A stretch of 63,701 bases of DNA, filler included, from Lama guanicoe (taxonomy: Eukaryota), in assembly GCA_013239625.1 (NCBI GenBank). It is 209 parts of 209 records of this genome, joined end to end, with 100 filler letters (N's around TTAATTAATTAA, not from the genome) between each part and the next. Parts side by side here need not be neighbours in the genome. Positions count along the whole stretch, not along the records: positions 24,401 to 24,605 come from PNXV01033406.1; positions 24,706 to 24,910 come from PNXV01033407.1; positions 25,011 to 25,215 come from PNXV01033408.1; positions 25,316 to 25,520 come from PNXV01033409.1; positions 25,621 to 25,825 come from PNXV01033410.1; positions 25,926 to 26,130 come from PNXV01033411.1; positions 26,231 to 26,435 come from PNXV01033412.1; positions 26,536 to 26,740 come from PNXV01033413.1; 201 more parts are not named here. One strand, written 5' to 3'. Under the pieces are notes generated by a model. The model was given only the letters and a program-made list of their open reading frames with translations, ran no database searches and was not told the DNA's origin. The position numbers and the translations under genes were made by a program. Positions within the stretch are counted from its first letter, which is position 1. Every line of letters begins with the position of its first letter. Below are positions 24,604 through 35,585 of the stretch, one piece after another.

Positions 24604-25925
24604 TANNNNNNNNNNNNNNNNNNNNNNNNNNNNNNNNNNNNNNNNNNNNTTAATTAATTAANNNNNNNNNNNNNNNNNNNNNNNNNNNNNNNNNNNNNNN
24701 NNNNNTGCACCAAGCCCAGCATGGCTGCTTGGCAGACACAGGATGCTTCACAACGAGTAAAAACAGACGCACTGCCTCTGAGGACGCCTCGGAAGGGATG
24801 CCAGATGGACCCTTGTCCTGACCTTGTGGCTGTTGGTGCTGTCTGACACTGCTACCCCCACCCCCCAGATTTCAGAAACAGGTCTCCCCACCTGGTCTGC
24901 GTCTGCCTGANNNNNNNNNNNNNNNNNNNNNNNNNNNNNNNNNNNNNNNNNNNNTTAATTAATTAANNNNNNNNNNNNNNNNNNNNNNNNNNNNNNNNNN
25001 NNNNNNNNNNTCTAGTAGATGCTCTGTGTCTTTTCTGAATGAATGAATGGAAGGTAAATTGTTATATAATCAGAGCTAAGGCTCTTACTAAGGGGGTAGC
25101 TGTAAAGATTAGATATCAGATATAATTTTTAAATGTAGTCAGATTTATTCATTTTTTATTTTAAGCCTTCTGGGTTTGTTGTATTTCAGAGAAAGAAAAG
25201 CCTTTCCAGTTCTGANNNNNNNNNNNNNNNNNNNNNNNNNNNNNNNNNNNNNNNNNNNNTTAATTAATTAANNNNNNNNNNNNNNNNNNNNNNNNNNNNN
25301 NNNNNNNNNNNNNNNGTGAGAATCCAGTGCCTTCTGAGGTGACCAGCAGCAGGAGATGCCTCCCACTCCACGGAGCACCCTTCGGAGGACTGTGACTCAA
25401 TGCACCATGCTGTGAGCTTGTGGGGTTACGGCCAAGGTCCCTGCAGAACCAGACTTGAGATGGGCTTAGCTACGGAAATAACAGGACTGATTCCAGGGCA
25501 GGGCTTGGGGGAGGGAACAGNNNNNNNNNNNNNNNNNNNNNNNNNNNNNNNNNNNNNNNNNNNNTTAATTAATTAANNNNNNNNNNNNNNNNNNNNNNNN
25601 NNNNNNNNNNNNNNNNNNNNCAAACACTTTTCAAACCACATCTTCAAGAGTAGTCATCTGTGTAATGCTGACACCGAGTTAGCTCTAGAAGGTAATCATG
25701 CAAATGTGTAACTTGAAGTCACAAGATTATGGACTTTCAATATGGAACAGTGTGCATCCTCAGGACCAAGCATTGGTACCTGCCCCTCATAAGGGTTCAA
25801 AAAATATTTTCTGGATCATTTAAATNNNNNNNNNNNNNNNNNNNNNNNNNNNNNNNNNNNNNNNNNNNNTTAATTAATTAANNNNNNNNNNNNNNNNNNN
25901 NNNNNNNNNNNNNNNNNNNNNNNNN

Positions 25926-26130
25926 AACTTGTGACAAGGGACAGAAGGGGAATTCCACTCACTGCAAGGAAATCCTCACTTAAGCTTCACTGAGCCAAAA
26001 GCACTTAAAACCCATGAACCTTCAGCTGGTCGACCTTAGCCAGCCCAGTCTCTAGCAGGAACTGACATATGTTCCTGCGCTGGTCACCCTGTAGCTGAAT
26101 CACTTCTCTGTATTCTGGGTGCTTGATTAC
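25926..26130 (-). pseudogene. EIF1: EIF1 processed pseudogene: C-terminal CDS 26130-26005 plus 3' UTR
   Basis: VIKHPEYREVIQLQGDQRRNICQFLLETGLAKVDQLKVHGF* versus EIF1 VIEHPEYGEVIQLQGDQRKNICQFLVEIGLAKDDQLKVHGF*; EIF1-like 3' UTR follows; no intron. Confidence 0.92.
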
Positions 26131-26535
26131 NNNNNNNNNNNNNNNNNNNNNNNNNNNNNNNNNNNNNNNNNNNNTTAATTAATTAANNNNNNNNNNNNNN
26201 NNNNNNNNNNNNNNNNNNNNNNNNNNNNNNACTAAGAATAAATGGTGTGTGCTGACTAAGTGGGAGAAACAGCAAGGATAATGTATTTAAATAGATAGAA
26301 AAAATATGTTTTTGAGATCAGCTTCCCATGGGGAAAACAATCATTACTGGTGAGTGTCCATCTAAAACTACAATTCAAGATTAAACTTATGCAAAATCTC
26401 TGGAAAAAGGGATTTATTTCCAAGGTCTCTAGTCTNNNNNNNNNNNNNNNNNNNNNNNNNNNNNNNNNNNNNNNNNNNNTTAATTAATTAANNNNNNNNN
26501 NNNNNNNNNNNNNNNNNNNNNNNNNNNNNNNNNNN

Positions 26536-26740
26536 GTGTTCATGGGTGTGACAATTCAGTATGGTCAAAATGTCAGTTCTTCCCAGTCTGATCTGTAGAT
26601 TCAATGTAATTCCAGTCAAAATCCCAGCAAATTAATTTGTAGATATTAACAAACTGATTTTAAAGTTTGTATAGACAAGCGAAAAACCCAGAATAGCCAA
26701 CACAATATTCAAAAGTGAAAAATAAGTTGAAGGACTGACA
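26536..26740 (+). mobile_element. LINE-1 ORF2 fragment (RT C-terminal)
   Basis: VKMSVLPSLICRFNVIPVKIP and KPRIANTI motifs. Confidence 0.92.
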
Positions 26741-29599
26741 NNNNNNNNNNNNNNNNNNNNNNNNNNNNNNNNNNNNNNNNNNNNTTAATTAATTAANNNN
26801 NNNNNNNNNNNNNNNNNNNNNNNNNNNNNNNNNNNNNNNNTTAATTTAAAAAAAATGTTTGCTCTAGATATTAAAAGTGAACTAAAGGATGAATCTCTGT
26901 TGGAAAAGACACACACGTGATGTACAAGCTTTGCAGAGCATCAAGACTGGACATTCAAAGCCACGGGGCCACTTTGTTTATTTTACAGTTAGTAAGGGGC
27001 CAGGGAGTTTCGGAGGAAGTGGAAAAGGGCCTGTGAGAATACTCANNNNNNNNNNNNNNNNNNNNNNNNNNNNNNNNNNNNNNNNNNNNTTAATTAATTA
27101 ANNNNNNNNNNNNNNNNNNNNNNNNNNNNNNNNNNNNNNNNNNNNAAAGGGTCCCTCTCCAAACACCTATGAAATATGTGTAATATTATTTGATATAAGA
27201 AAGTTTTACCATTGGATAAAGGGTTCATAAACATAATACATTAACATGTAAAACATGTAGCAAATGATTCCAGAAAATTAGCATAATGACTGCCACTTAA
27301 CTGGGGAGTTCAATACCAAATCTTAGCGGACTTAGCACAAAAATGATTGTNNNNNNNNNNNNNNNNNNNNNNNNNNNNNNNNNNNNNNNNNNNNTTAATT
27401 AATTAANNNNNNNNNNNNNNNNNNNNNNNNNNNNNNNNNNNNNNNNNNNNGTGTCCCACCATTCCACAGCTATGCTGACTTGCTTGAAATTCTGCTTTAG
27501 TGCATCCTTATGGCATTTTCCTTTTCCCATTGATTTCAGACACCTCACTTCAACCAGACTACTACAAAAATTACAGAGTGATTTTAAGATAGTACGACTG
27601 TTCACAATCAGCAGGGCGTGTGCTACAAAGGAACTAAATCTGACTTTTTTTTTTTNNNNNNNNNNNNNNNNNNNNNNNNNNNNNNNNNNNNNNNNNNNNT
27701 TAATTAATTAANNNNNNNNNNNNNNNNNNNNNNNNNNNNNNNNNNNNNNNNNNNNGGATCCTATGTATTTCCCTAACTGCTTAGATTTATAGCTAAATTT
27801 AAAGACCCACACAAACAATAACAACAACAAATGTGAAAGAAAATGTAGTTGCCTCTAACTTTTTGTGTAACTCAGTTTAATGTAATTAATCAGCTTTACT
27901 TCTGGATACTTGTACATGATATTTCAGATTTTTGTCATCATGTCTGTAATGAAATTATAANNNNNNNNNNNNNNNNNNNNNNNNNNNNNNNNNNNNNNNN
28001 NNNNTTAATTAATTAANNNNNNNNNNNNNNNNNNNNNNNNNNNNNNNNNNNNNNNNNNNNTACACATGGCTGTCCCAGCTTGGTCTTTATTCCTGTCCTT
28101 TTCTTTTTCGCAATATGAAATGTTTCACGTTCTGAAATGCTTATTTGTACAATCATATTTTAATTTCCGGGATTTCTTTCTCTCTTTTTTTTTTTTGATT
28201 CTCTAATTTTTTGGAGGCAGTATGTACTCAAATTTTCTGAGGACAATGATTAGAATTATTTAAATNNNNNNNNNNNNNNNNNNNNNNNNNNNNNNNNNNN
28301 NNNNNNNNNTTAATTAATTAANNNNNNNNNNNNNNNNNNNNNNNNNNNNNNNNNNNNNNNNNNNNTAGCTAGATATGTCTACATTAATAGTACATCAAAT
28401 AATATTTAATGATACGGAATCGTGTCTATTAATAATAATGATGATAATTTATAACCTAATGGCAATATAAAAATAATAGAAATAGCATATACAATATGAT
28501 TTCAGTTTTATACACTATCTCTGTAAATTTGTATTTGCTTTTTTAAGTCTAAAGGATATACATCAAAACGNNNNNNNNNNNNNNNNNNNNNNNNNNNNNN
28601 NNNNNNNNNNNNNNTTAATTAATTAANNNNNNNNNNNNNNNNNNNNNNNNNNNNNNNNNNNNNNNNNNNNTCATAAAATTATCCCTTATTCTGTTAGAGA
28701 GAGCATGAAGCAATTGTCAATTTAAGCTTACTAAACACTCCCTGTATTATACTAACCTATCCTGAACTTAGATGGAATTTCTTAAATAAATAAAAGAGAA
28801 AATGTATTACTCTGCTTTTCAGAGAATTCAAGGACCAAAGAGATCTTCAAAGATCCATTCTTCTTTCTCTGTAAANNNNNNNNNNNNNNNNNNNNNNNNN
28901 NNNNNNNNNNNNNNNNNNNTTAATTAATTAANNNNNNNNNNNNNNNNNNNNNNNNNNNNNNNNNNNNNNNNNNNNCACTCAGGCCTCCCAAGCTGCCGGC
29001 TGCATTCACTCACTCAGTCAGATCTCCACCTGAGCTGGCCTGAGGCCAGTGGATGGAGGGCAGTCCCCTCCTTCGGGCCAGAGCTCCTCCAACCTTACCA
29101 GTGAGAACAGCGGTGAGCTCCTTCATGTCAGCATCTCTCATCCAAACTCCCAGAACACACCACGAAGCATGGGACTTTTTNNNNNNNNNNNNNNNNNNNN
29201 NNNNNNNNNNNNNNNNNNNNNNNNTTAATTAATTAANNNNNNNNNNNNNNNNNNNNNNNNNNNNNNNNNNNNNNNNNNNNCAGATCTCTATTTCCTGTGG
29301 CCCCTGCTCCTTCCATTCTTCTCGCTCACGTTGCTCGATACACACTGACCTCCATGCTCTCCAGAGCAAGCCAAGCCCGCGCCTGCCTTGGGCTAGACGG
29401 GTACGGGGTCGGGTTTCCCGGGAGGGCAAACAGGGCTCCGCCGGAGGCCCCAGCCCGAGTCTGTGGCTTTTGGGTGGGTGTGGGGNNNNNNNNNNNNNNN
29501 NNNNNNNNNNNNNNNNNNNNNNNNNNNNNTTAATTAATTAANNNNNNNNNNNNNNNNNNNNNNNNNNNNNNNNNNNNNNNNNNNNGTGCCTGCTATGTG

Positions 29600-29717
29600 T
29601 GTATCTCTCTCTGTCTCTCTCTCTCTATATATAGGTATATAGATAGATATAGATGTAGATGTAGATATCGATGATACAGATATAAAGATATACATATAGT
29701 ATATATAAAGATATCTA
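29600..29717. repeat. Compound (CT)/(TA)/(TAGA) microsatellite
   Basis: Seen directly. Confidence 0.85.
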
Positions 29718-29790
29718 TATGGCACCATTCTCCAGGGTGACCAGTCAGCTACCCGGTGATTATATCAGACTGCTTCCATCATGGAAGGGG
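29718..29790 (+). mobile_element. ERV-L pol (integrase N-terminal) remnant
   Basis: YGTILQGDQSAT...DYIRLLPSWKG, like ERV-L YGTIPRGDQPATWWQVDYIGPLPSWKG, with a deletion. Confidence 0.75.
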
Positions 29791-29890
29791 NNNNNNNNNN
29801 NNNNNNNNNNNNNNNNNNNNNNNNNNNNNNNNNNTTAATTAATTAANNNNNNNNNNNNNNNNNNNNNNNNNNNNNNNNNNNNNNNNNNNN

Positions 29891-30035
29891 CCTGTCTCTG
29901 AACCTCAGCAGATACCAAACTTGCTGGTGCCTCAGTCTGAGCCTTCCCGGCCTCCAGAACGGCCAGGAAAACCAATTCTGTTGTTTACAAGCCGCCAGGG
30001 GTTTCATTACAGCAGCCCGAACGGGCTAGGACAGG
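29891..30035 (+). mobile_element. MaLR LTR 3' end
   Basis: GCTGGTGCCT...TTCCCGGCCTCCAGAAC...TTCTGTTGTTTACAAGCC...ACAGCAGCCCGAACGGGCTAGGACA. Confidence 0.8.
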
Positions 30036-30500
30036 GCAAATGTATAGAACAGTTACCATGAAAAGGAAAAACAGGATGCGCGGAGGTGAGTGAACNNNNN
30101 NNNNNNNNNNNNNNNNNNNNNNNNNNNNNNNNNNNNNNNTTAATTAATTAANNNNNNNNNNNNNNNNNNNNNNNNNNNNNNNNNNNNNNNNNNNNAGGCC
30201 CAGGGAGGCAATGCAGCTTCCCCAGGATCACACAGCCAGTCGCCTGTGAGGCCTGGCCATGCACAGGGTCCCCAGGCCCAGCGCCATCACCTGTCATCAC
30301 GCACAGCCCCTTACAAAGATGCCACTCCAACCCCTGAGCTTTTAGCCACTGCCCCAGTTTATCACCTGCCGTCCAACTGTCCCATATGGACACACACACA
30401 NNNNNNNNNNNNNNNNNNNNNNNNNNNNNNNNNNNNNNNNNNNNTTAATTAATTAANNNNNNNNNNNNNNNNNNNNNNNNNNNNNNNNNNNNNNNNNNNN

Positions 30501-30705
30501 GCCTCCCCACTTCCACTTTTGTGATGATAATGCTGCTAAAGCTGTTCCACACCTATTGGCCAAATACCCCAAGCTTGTACTTTACCCTGTAAAACCTGAT
30601 GCACATGTCTTGGAGGTGCTCAGAGTTTTGGAGCAGAAGCCCCTCTGAGCCCACCAGCGTAATACATCTGAGTACTCCAACCCTCCGAGTGGTGCCTGTT
30701 TCTTG
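30501..30705 (+). mobile_element. Probable ERV LTR fragment
   Basis: U3/R-like layout (CCCTGTAAAA...GCTCAGAGTTTTGGAG...CCCCTCTGAGCCCACCAGCGTAATACA). Confidence 0.55.
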
Positions 30706-30805
30706 NNNNNNNNNNNNNNNNNNNNNNNNNNNNNNNNNNNNNNNNNNNNTTAATTAATTAANNNNNNNNNNNNNNNNNNNNNNNNNNNNNNNNNNNNNNN
30801 NNNNN

Positions 30806-31010
30806 GGCAGAATTTCATTATTTATTATGACTGAGTAATATTCCATTGTATATGTATACCACAGCTTCTGTACACATTCACCTGTCAATGAACACTTGGG
30901 TTGCTTCCATTAACACTGCTATGAACATTGAGGTGAATGTATCTTTTCAAATTAGTGTTTTTGTTTTTTCTAGATACATACCTAGGAGTGGAATTTCTGG
31001 ATCATATGTT
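30806..31010 (-). mobile_element. LINE-1 ORF2 3'/UTR fragment
   Basis: GCTATGAACATTGAGGTG...CCTAGGAGTGGAATTTCTGGATCATATG. Confidence 0.9.
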
Positions 31011-34000
31011 NNNNNNNNNNNNNNNNNNNNNNNNNNNNNNNNNNNNNNNNNNNNTTAATTAATTAANNNNNNNNNNNNNNNNNNNNNNNNNNNNNNNNNN
31101 NNNNNNNNNNGATTATCAAAGCAGAATTTCTTCCCTTTAGTTTAACCAGTTCTGAGACTGTTTAATTTTTTTCAGTGCACATAGGTTCATTTTCAAGTTG
31201 CCTTTAACTACTCATCCTTAAGCTGCCTCCTTCTCCTCATCTGGAGGCCAGAGTGTACAGAAAGCGTTCAGAGTGTACAGATATGGAACCGTGTATGAGT
31301 AACTGGAGCTGGAGCNNNNNNNNNNNNNNNNNNNNNNNNNNNNNNNNNNNNNNNNNNNNTTAATTAATTAANNNNNNNNNNNNNNNNNNNNNNNNNNNNN
31401 NNNNNNNNNNNNNNNGCCATCCCAGGAAACGTACATCCTTAGCAAGCTAAGAGTGACTCAAATACCCATTTGAATCCCTTTTGCTTTTTTAAGTAGTTAA
31501 AAACTTAGTCAATGTTTAATCATTCATCTGTTTTAATACAAATCAAGTATTATTTTTTAGCATTTTGTTATATTATTTAAAGTCATCTGTGGTTGCATTT
31601 TGCTATTATCTAAATATTTANNNNNNNNNNNNNNNNNNNNNNNNNNNNNNNNNNNNNNNNNNNNTTAATTAATTAANNNNNNNNNNNNNNNNNNNNNNNN
31701 NNNNNNNNNNNNNNNNNNNNAGGCAGAAACCCTGCTGTGCATAAGGAAGGGATGGACACAGAAGGGGGGCTCGAGGCAGGCCCCCCAGACAAGCGCCCAG
31801 TAGTAAACGGCCACTGACGTGCTGACTCACAGCTCCACGGAAGGGAGAACGGCGTGAGGAAAGGGCAGATGTTCACAGGACTAATTTCACCACCTCAACT
31901 GTCCCAGGAACCCACAGGCGGGAGANNNNNNNNNNNNNNNNNNNNNNNNNNNNNNNNNNNNNNNNNNNNTTAATTAATTAANNNNNNNNNNNNNNNNNNN
32001 NNNNNNNNNNNNNNNNNNNNNNNNNGATCCCTCTCTCCCGGAATAGAGGCCCACAGGGCCTCGCCCTCCCTTCCGCAGACCCGAGGGTGCGTCCCTCAGG
32101 CCCAGCCCCCATCTCCCCGGACCGCGAGGACTGAGGCGTCTCTGCCTGACTGAACCATGGGCCTCCTACAGCTGGCAGCCGGGCTGGGCGTCTGTGGGCC
32201 CCGCTGGCTGGACCGTGAGGCCCCCTCAGCNNNNNNNNNNNNNNNNNNNNNNNNNNNNNNNNNNNNNNNNNNNNTTAATTAATTAANNNNNNNNNNNNNN
32301 NNNNNNNNNNNNNNNNNNNNNNNNNNNNNNTTCGACTGAAAAACAATGGCTTATCCTCAGCATCTCTGTACCACGAGTTCTGTGGGCTTGGGATGGGCCT
32401 GAGGAGGAACAAGAGTGGGACCCCGCCCAGAGGCTGGCTATGTGACCGCATCTGCCTTGGGTCCCTCCTTCCCGGTGCTGTCCCCAAGGTGTTCTGTGTC
32501 AACACACAATCAGCTCCTCTAGGTTAAATCCTCTTNNNNNNNNNNNNNNNNNNNNNNNNNNNNNNNNNNNNNNNNNNNNTTAATTAATTAANNNNNNNNN
32601 NNNNNNNNNNNNNNNNNNNNNNNNNNNNNNNNNNNTGGCTGCACACACACTAGTGTCTGGGATACCTGGAAAGCCATCGTAAGCGGGCCCAGCGTGTCAC
32701 ATGCGACATAGTGTCCCTCCACCTCTGTCTCGCCTGCCCCTCTCCCCTCGGATCCCACCTACAACCCTGTCCAGCCTCCTCCCTGGTGCACAGTGCTGGT
32801 CCCAAGCAGGGGCAAGTGGAGGACATTCGGGCGAGCTTGCNNNNNNNNNNNNNNNNNNNNNNNNNNNNNNNNNNNNNNNNNNNNTTAATTAATTAANNNN
32901 NNNNNNNNNNNNNNNNNNNNNNNNNNNNNNNNNNNNNNNNGAGGTGGCTTGTCCCCTTGCCAGTATGACTTACCTGCTCGCAGATGTGCCTCACCTGCTG
33001 GTCAGGTTCCACCTGCTCCTGAGCTGCCTGCTTCCCTTCCTCCCCCGTGTGTGTAGTCTTCCCGCAGCAGCCAGGTGGAGCTTTGGGCAGAGAATGAGTT
33101 CCTGTGGCTCCCTGCTCAGACCCCACCATGGTCCTTCATCATACCNNNNNNNNNNNNNNNNNNNNNNNNNNNNNNNNNNNNNNNNNNNNTTAATTAATTA
33201 ANNNNNNNNNNNNNNNNNNNNNNNNNNNNNNNNNNNNNNNNNNNNACCCTTGGCTCATCTGTGTTGATATTCCCGGGTACAAAGCCCCTCTAGTTCAGTC
33301 TCTTAAGAGAATTAACCTCAACGCTTTTTCTGGGGCATGACTGGGATGAGTGCATAGTTCCAGGGGTAAGCAATTGGATCTGGGGAATCTAAATGCTTCT
33401 GGTAAAGATTTTCAACCAATCCCCCTATTTCCGCCCCACCCTACAACTCCNNNNNNNNNNNNNNNNNNNNNNNNNNNNNNNNNNNNNNNNNNNNTTAATT
33501 AATTAANNNNNNNNNNNNNNNNNNNNNNNNNNNNNNNNNNNNNNNNNNNNGTTGTTTAATAACATACAGTAGTATCTTGATTACAAGACCCATGTCTTAT
33601 TTAATTTTTCAATGGAAGTGCTAGCATATAGCTGTAGATTTTATATATATACATAATATACATGTTGTATATTTAATGTTTTATATAAATATATATTTTA
33701 TAGTACGTTTATTTTATATAGAGAGAAAAGCTAAAATCATATGAATTCTTAACTANNNNNNNNNNNNNNNNNNNNNNNNNNNNNNNNNNNNNNNNNNNNT
33801 TAATTAATTAANNNNNNNNNNNNNNNNNNNNNNNNNNNNNNNNNNNNNNNNNNNNAACTTCTTGACCAAAGACAGTATAGCTGGTTCCCCCACCCCCATA
33901 GTTCCTCCTAGTTGATTTCTGAGAATCCTCAGCGGCTTGTCTGTCTTACCTCCAGCCATTGCCCGCACCTGCTGTTGGCAGTGGAAGGATGTCACAGTAT

Positions 34001-34465
34001 CTCCCCCACCGAACTCACAGGTACCCGTAGCCCCACACCCCCACCTCATTCAGACGTTTCNNNNNNNNNNNNNNNNNNNNNNNNNNNNNNNNNNNNNNNN
34101 NNNNTTAATTAATTAANNNNNNNNNNNNNNNNNNNNNNNNNNNNNNNNNNNNNNNNNNNNGGATGGATGCACAAGAGCTGTGTAATGGGAAAGACCTCCC
34201 TGGCAACAACAAAGCCAGGGCCTGAGAGGGTTTAGGGCGGAAAGGAGAGACTCCCATCTAAAACAGCCAGCTCGCCTCGTGAAACTGTCTCCCCAAGTCT
34301 CGCTGTTCCCCGACATGTCACCCCCTGATCCCCAGCACCAACACCCACGAGAGAGATACATCATGNNNNNNNNNNNNNNNNNNNNNNNNNNNNNNNNNNN
34401 NNNNNNNNNTTAATTAATTAANNNNNNNNNNNNNNNNNNNNNNNNNNNNNNNNNNNNNNNNNNNN

Positions 34466-34670
34466 ATATTCTGTGTTCTACATTCTATGTTCAGTATTCT
34501 ATATTCTGCATTCCGTACTCTATATTCTATATTGTGTGTTCTAAATTCTATATTTTAAATTGTATAGTCAATATTCCGTGTTCTATATTCTATACTCTGT
34601 GTTCTTCAGTCTATATTCTACATTCTATATTCAGTATTCTGTATTCTATAGTATAAATTCTGTGTTCTGC
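34466..34670 (-). repeat. Degenerate 7-bp satellite (TTCTATA)n
   Basis: Reverse-complement family of 11896-12100. Confidence 0.92.
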
Positions 34671-35075
34671 NNNNNNNNNNNNNNNNNNNNNNNNNNNNNN
34701 NNNNNNNNNNNNNNTTAATTAATTAANNNNNNNNNNNNNNNNNNNNNNNNNNNNNNNNNNNNNNNNNNNNCCAGCTCCTGTTTTCCTGCACTGGGTCCTG
34801 TTGGACCACAGGTTAGTAATCGGGCTCTACTTCCTGCACTGCCTGCCAGGTCGGTCCTGCTTCTACCCTCCCTTGTCTCCTAGGAAGAGGATGTTCTGGC
34901 CCCTTTGCAGGTGGTGGGCCTTTGTCCCTCTGCCTTCCTTGTGAATGCAGCCTGGTCCTTTGGTTCTTGGTGGACNNNNNNNNNNNNNNNNNNNNNNNNN
35001 NNNNNNNNNNNNNNNNNNNTTAATTAATTAANNNNNNNNNNNNNNNNNNNNNNNNNNNNNNNNNNNNNNNNNNNN

Positions 35076-35279
35076 TGCTATGACTCCACTTCAGAGTGCA
35101 CATATCAGGGCAAATCCTACTGGATTGGCACAATTAAGGCTTATTACGTATCTGGCATCAAGTGCTACAGCACACCTGGCAAGCTGGTGTGCTGGACCAA
35201 GCAAACACATTATGAGATGAATGATGGAGGAGGGATACAGGAACAGGCACGCCGGCAAGCAGTCCAGAGGCAACACCAA
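35076..35279 (+). CDS. Endogenous retroviral envelope SU fragment (syncytin-1/RDR-group-like), open frame, partial at both ends
   Basis: CYDSTSECTYQGKSYWIGTIKAYYVSGIKCYSTPGKLVCWTKQTHYEMNDGGGIQEQARRQAVQRQHQ aligns by eye with syncytin-1 CYHSATLC...YWTGK...CPGGLGVTVCWT...GMSDGGGVQDQAR; no stop in 68 codons. Confidence 0.88.
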
Positions 35280-35381
35280 ANNNNNNNNNNNNNNNNNNNN
35301 NNNNNNNNNNNNNNNNNNNNNNNNTTAATTAATTAANNNNNNNNNNNNNNNNNNNNNNNNNNNNNNNNNNNNNNNNNNNNC

Positions 35382-35465
35382 TACAGCCTGAGGAACAAAG
35401 AGGTCAAGAGTGCCTTTAAAAAGGCTGTGAGGAAGGCAAAGTCTTCGATAAGATTTAGATTTTAA
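35382..35465 (+). CDS. Olfactory receptor C-terminus (OR5B-like)
   Basis: YSLRNKEVKSAFKKAVRKAKSSIRFRF*; canonical YSLRNKEV motif; tail similar to recalled OR5B12. Confidence 0.88.
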   Translation, partial: YSLRNKEVKSAFKKAVRKAKSSIRFRF

Positions 35466-35542
35466 TTATATAAAATCCACATCAAGACATTTTCATACAG
35501 TTCAGTCAAGATTGGGAAAATATTGCCTTGCTAAGCCAACAG

Positions 35543-35585
35543 TTTTTTTTATTGAAGTATAGTCAGTTTACAATGTTGTGTCAAT
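35543..35585 (-). mobile_element. LINE-1 3' terminus inserted just downstream of the OR stop codon
   Basis: T-run then ATTGAAGTATAGTCAGTTTACAATGTTGTGTCAAT. Confidence 0.8.

Noticed and set aside
32026..32230. MAGE-type 5' non-coding region (also 19216-19420)
   Set aside because: Only a vague resemblance from CCCTCAG/CTGAGG motifs; no coding evidence.
35091..35279. Listed minus-strand 62-aa ORF (MVLPLDCL...)
   Set aside because: Antisense shadow of the + strand env frame.
35076..35585. Linkage of the env fragment with the neighbouring olfactory receptor
   Set aside because: They are separate contigs joined by an artificial spacer.
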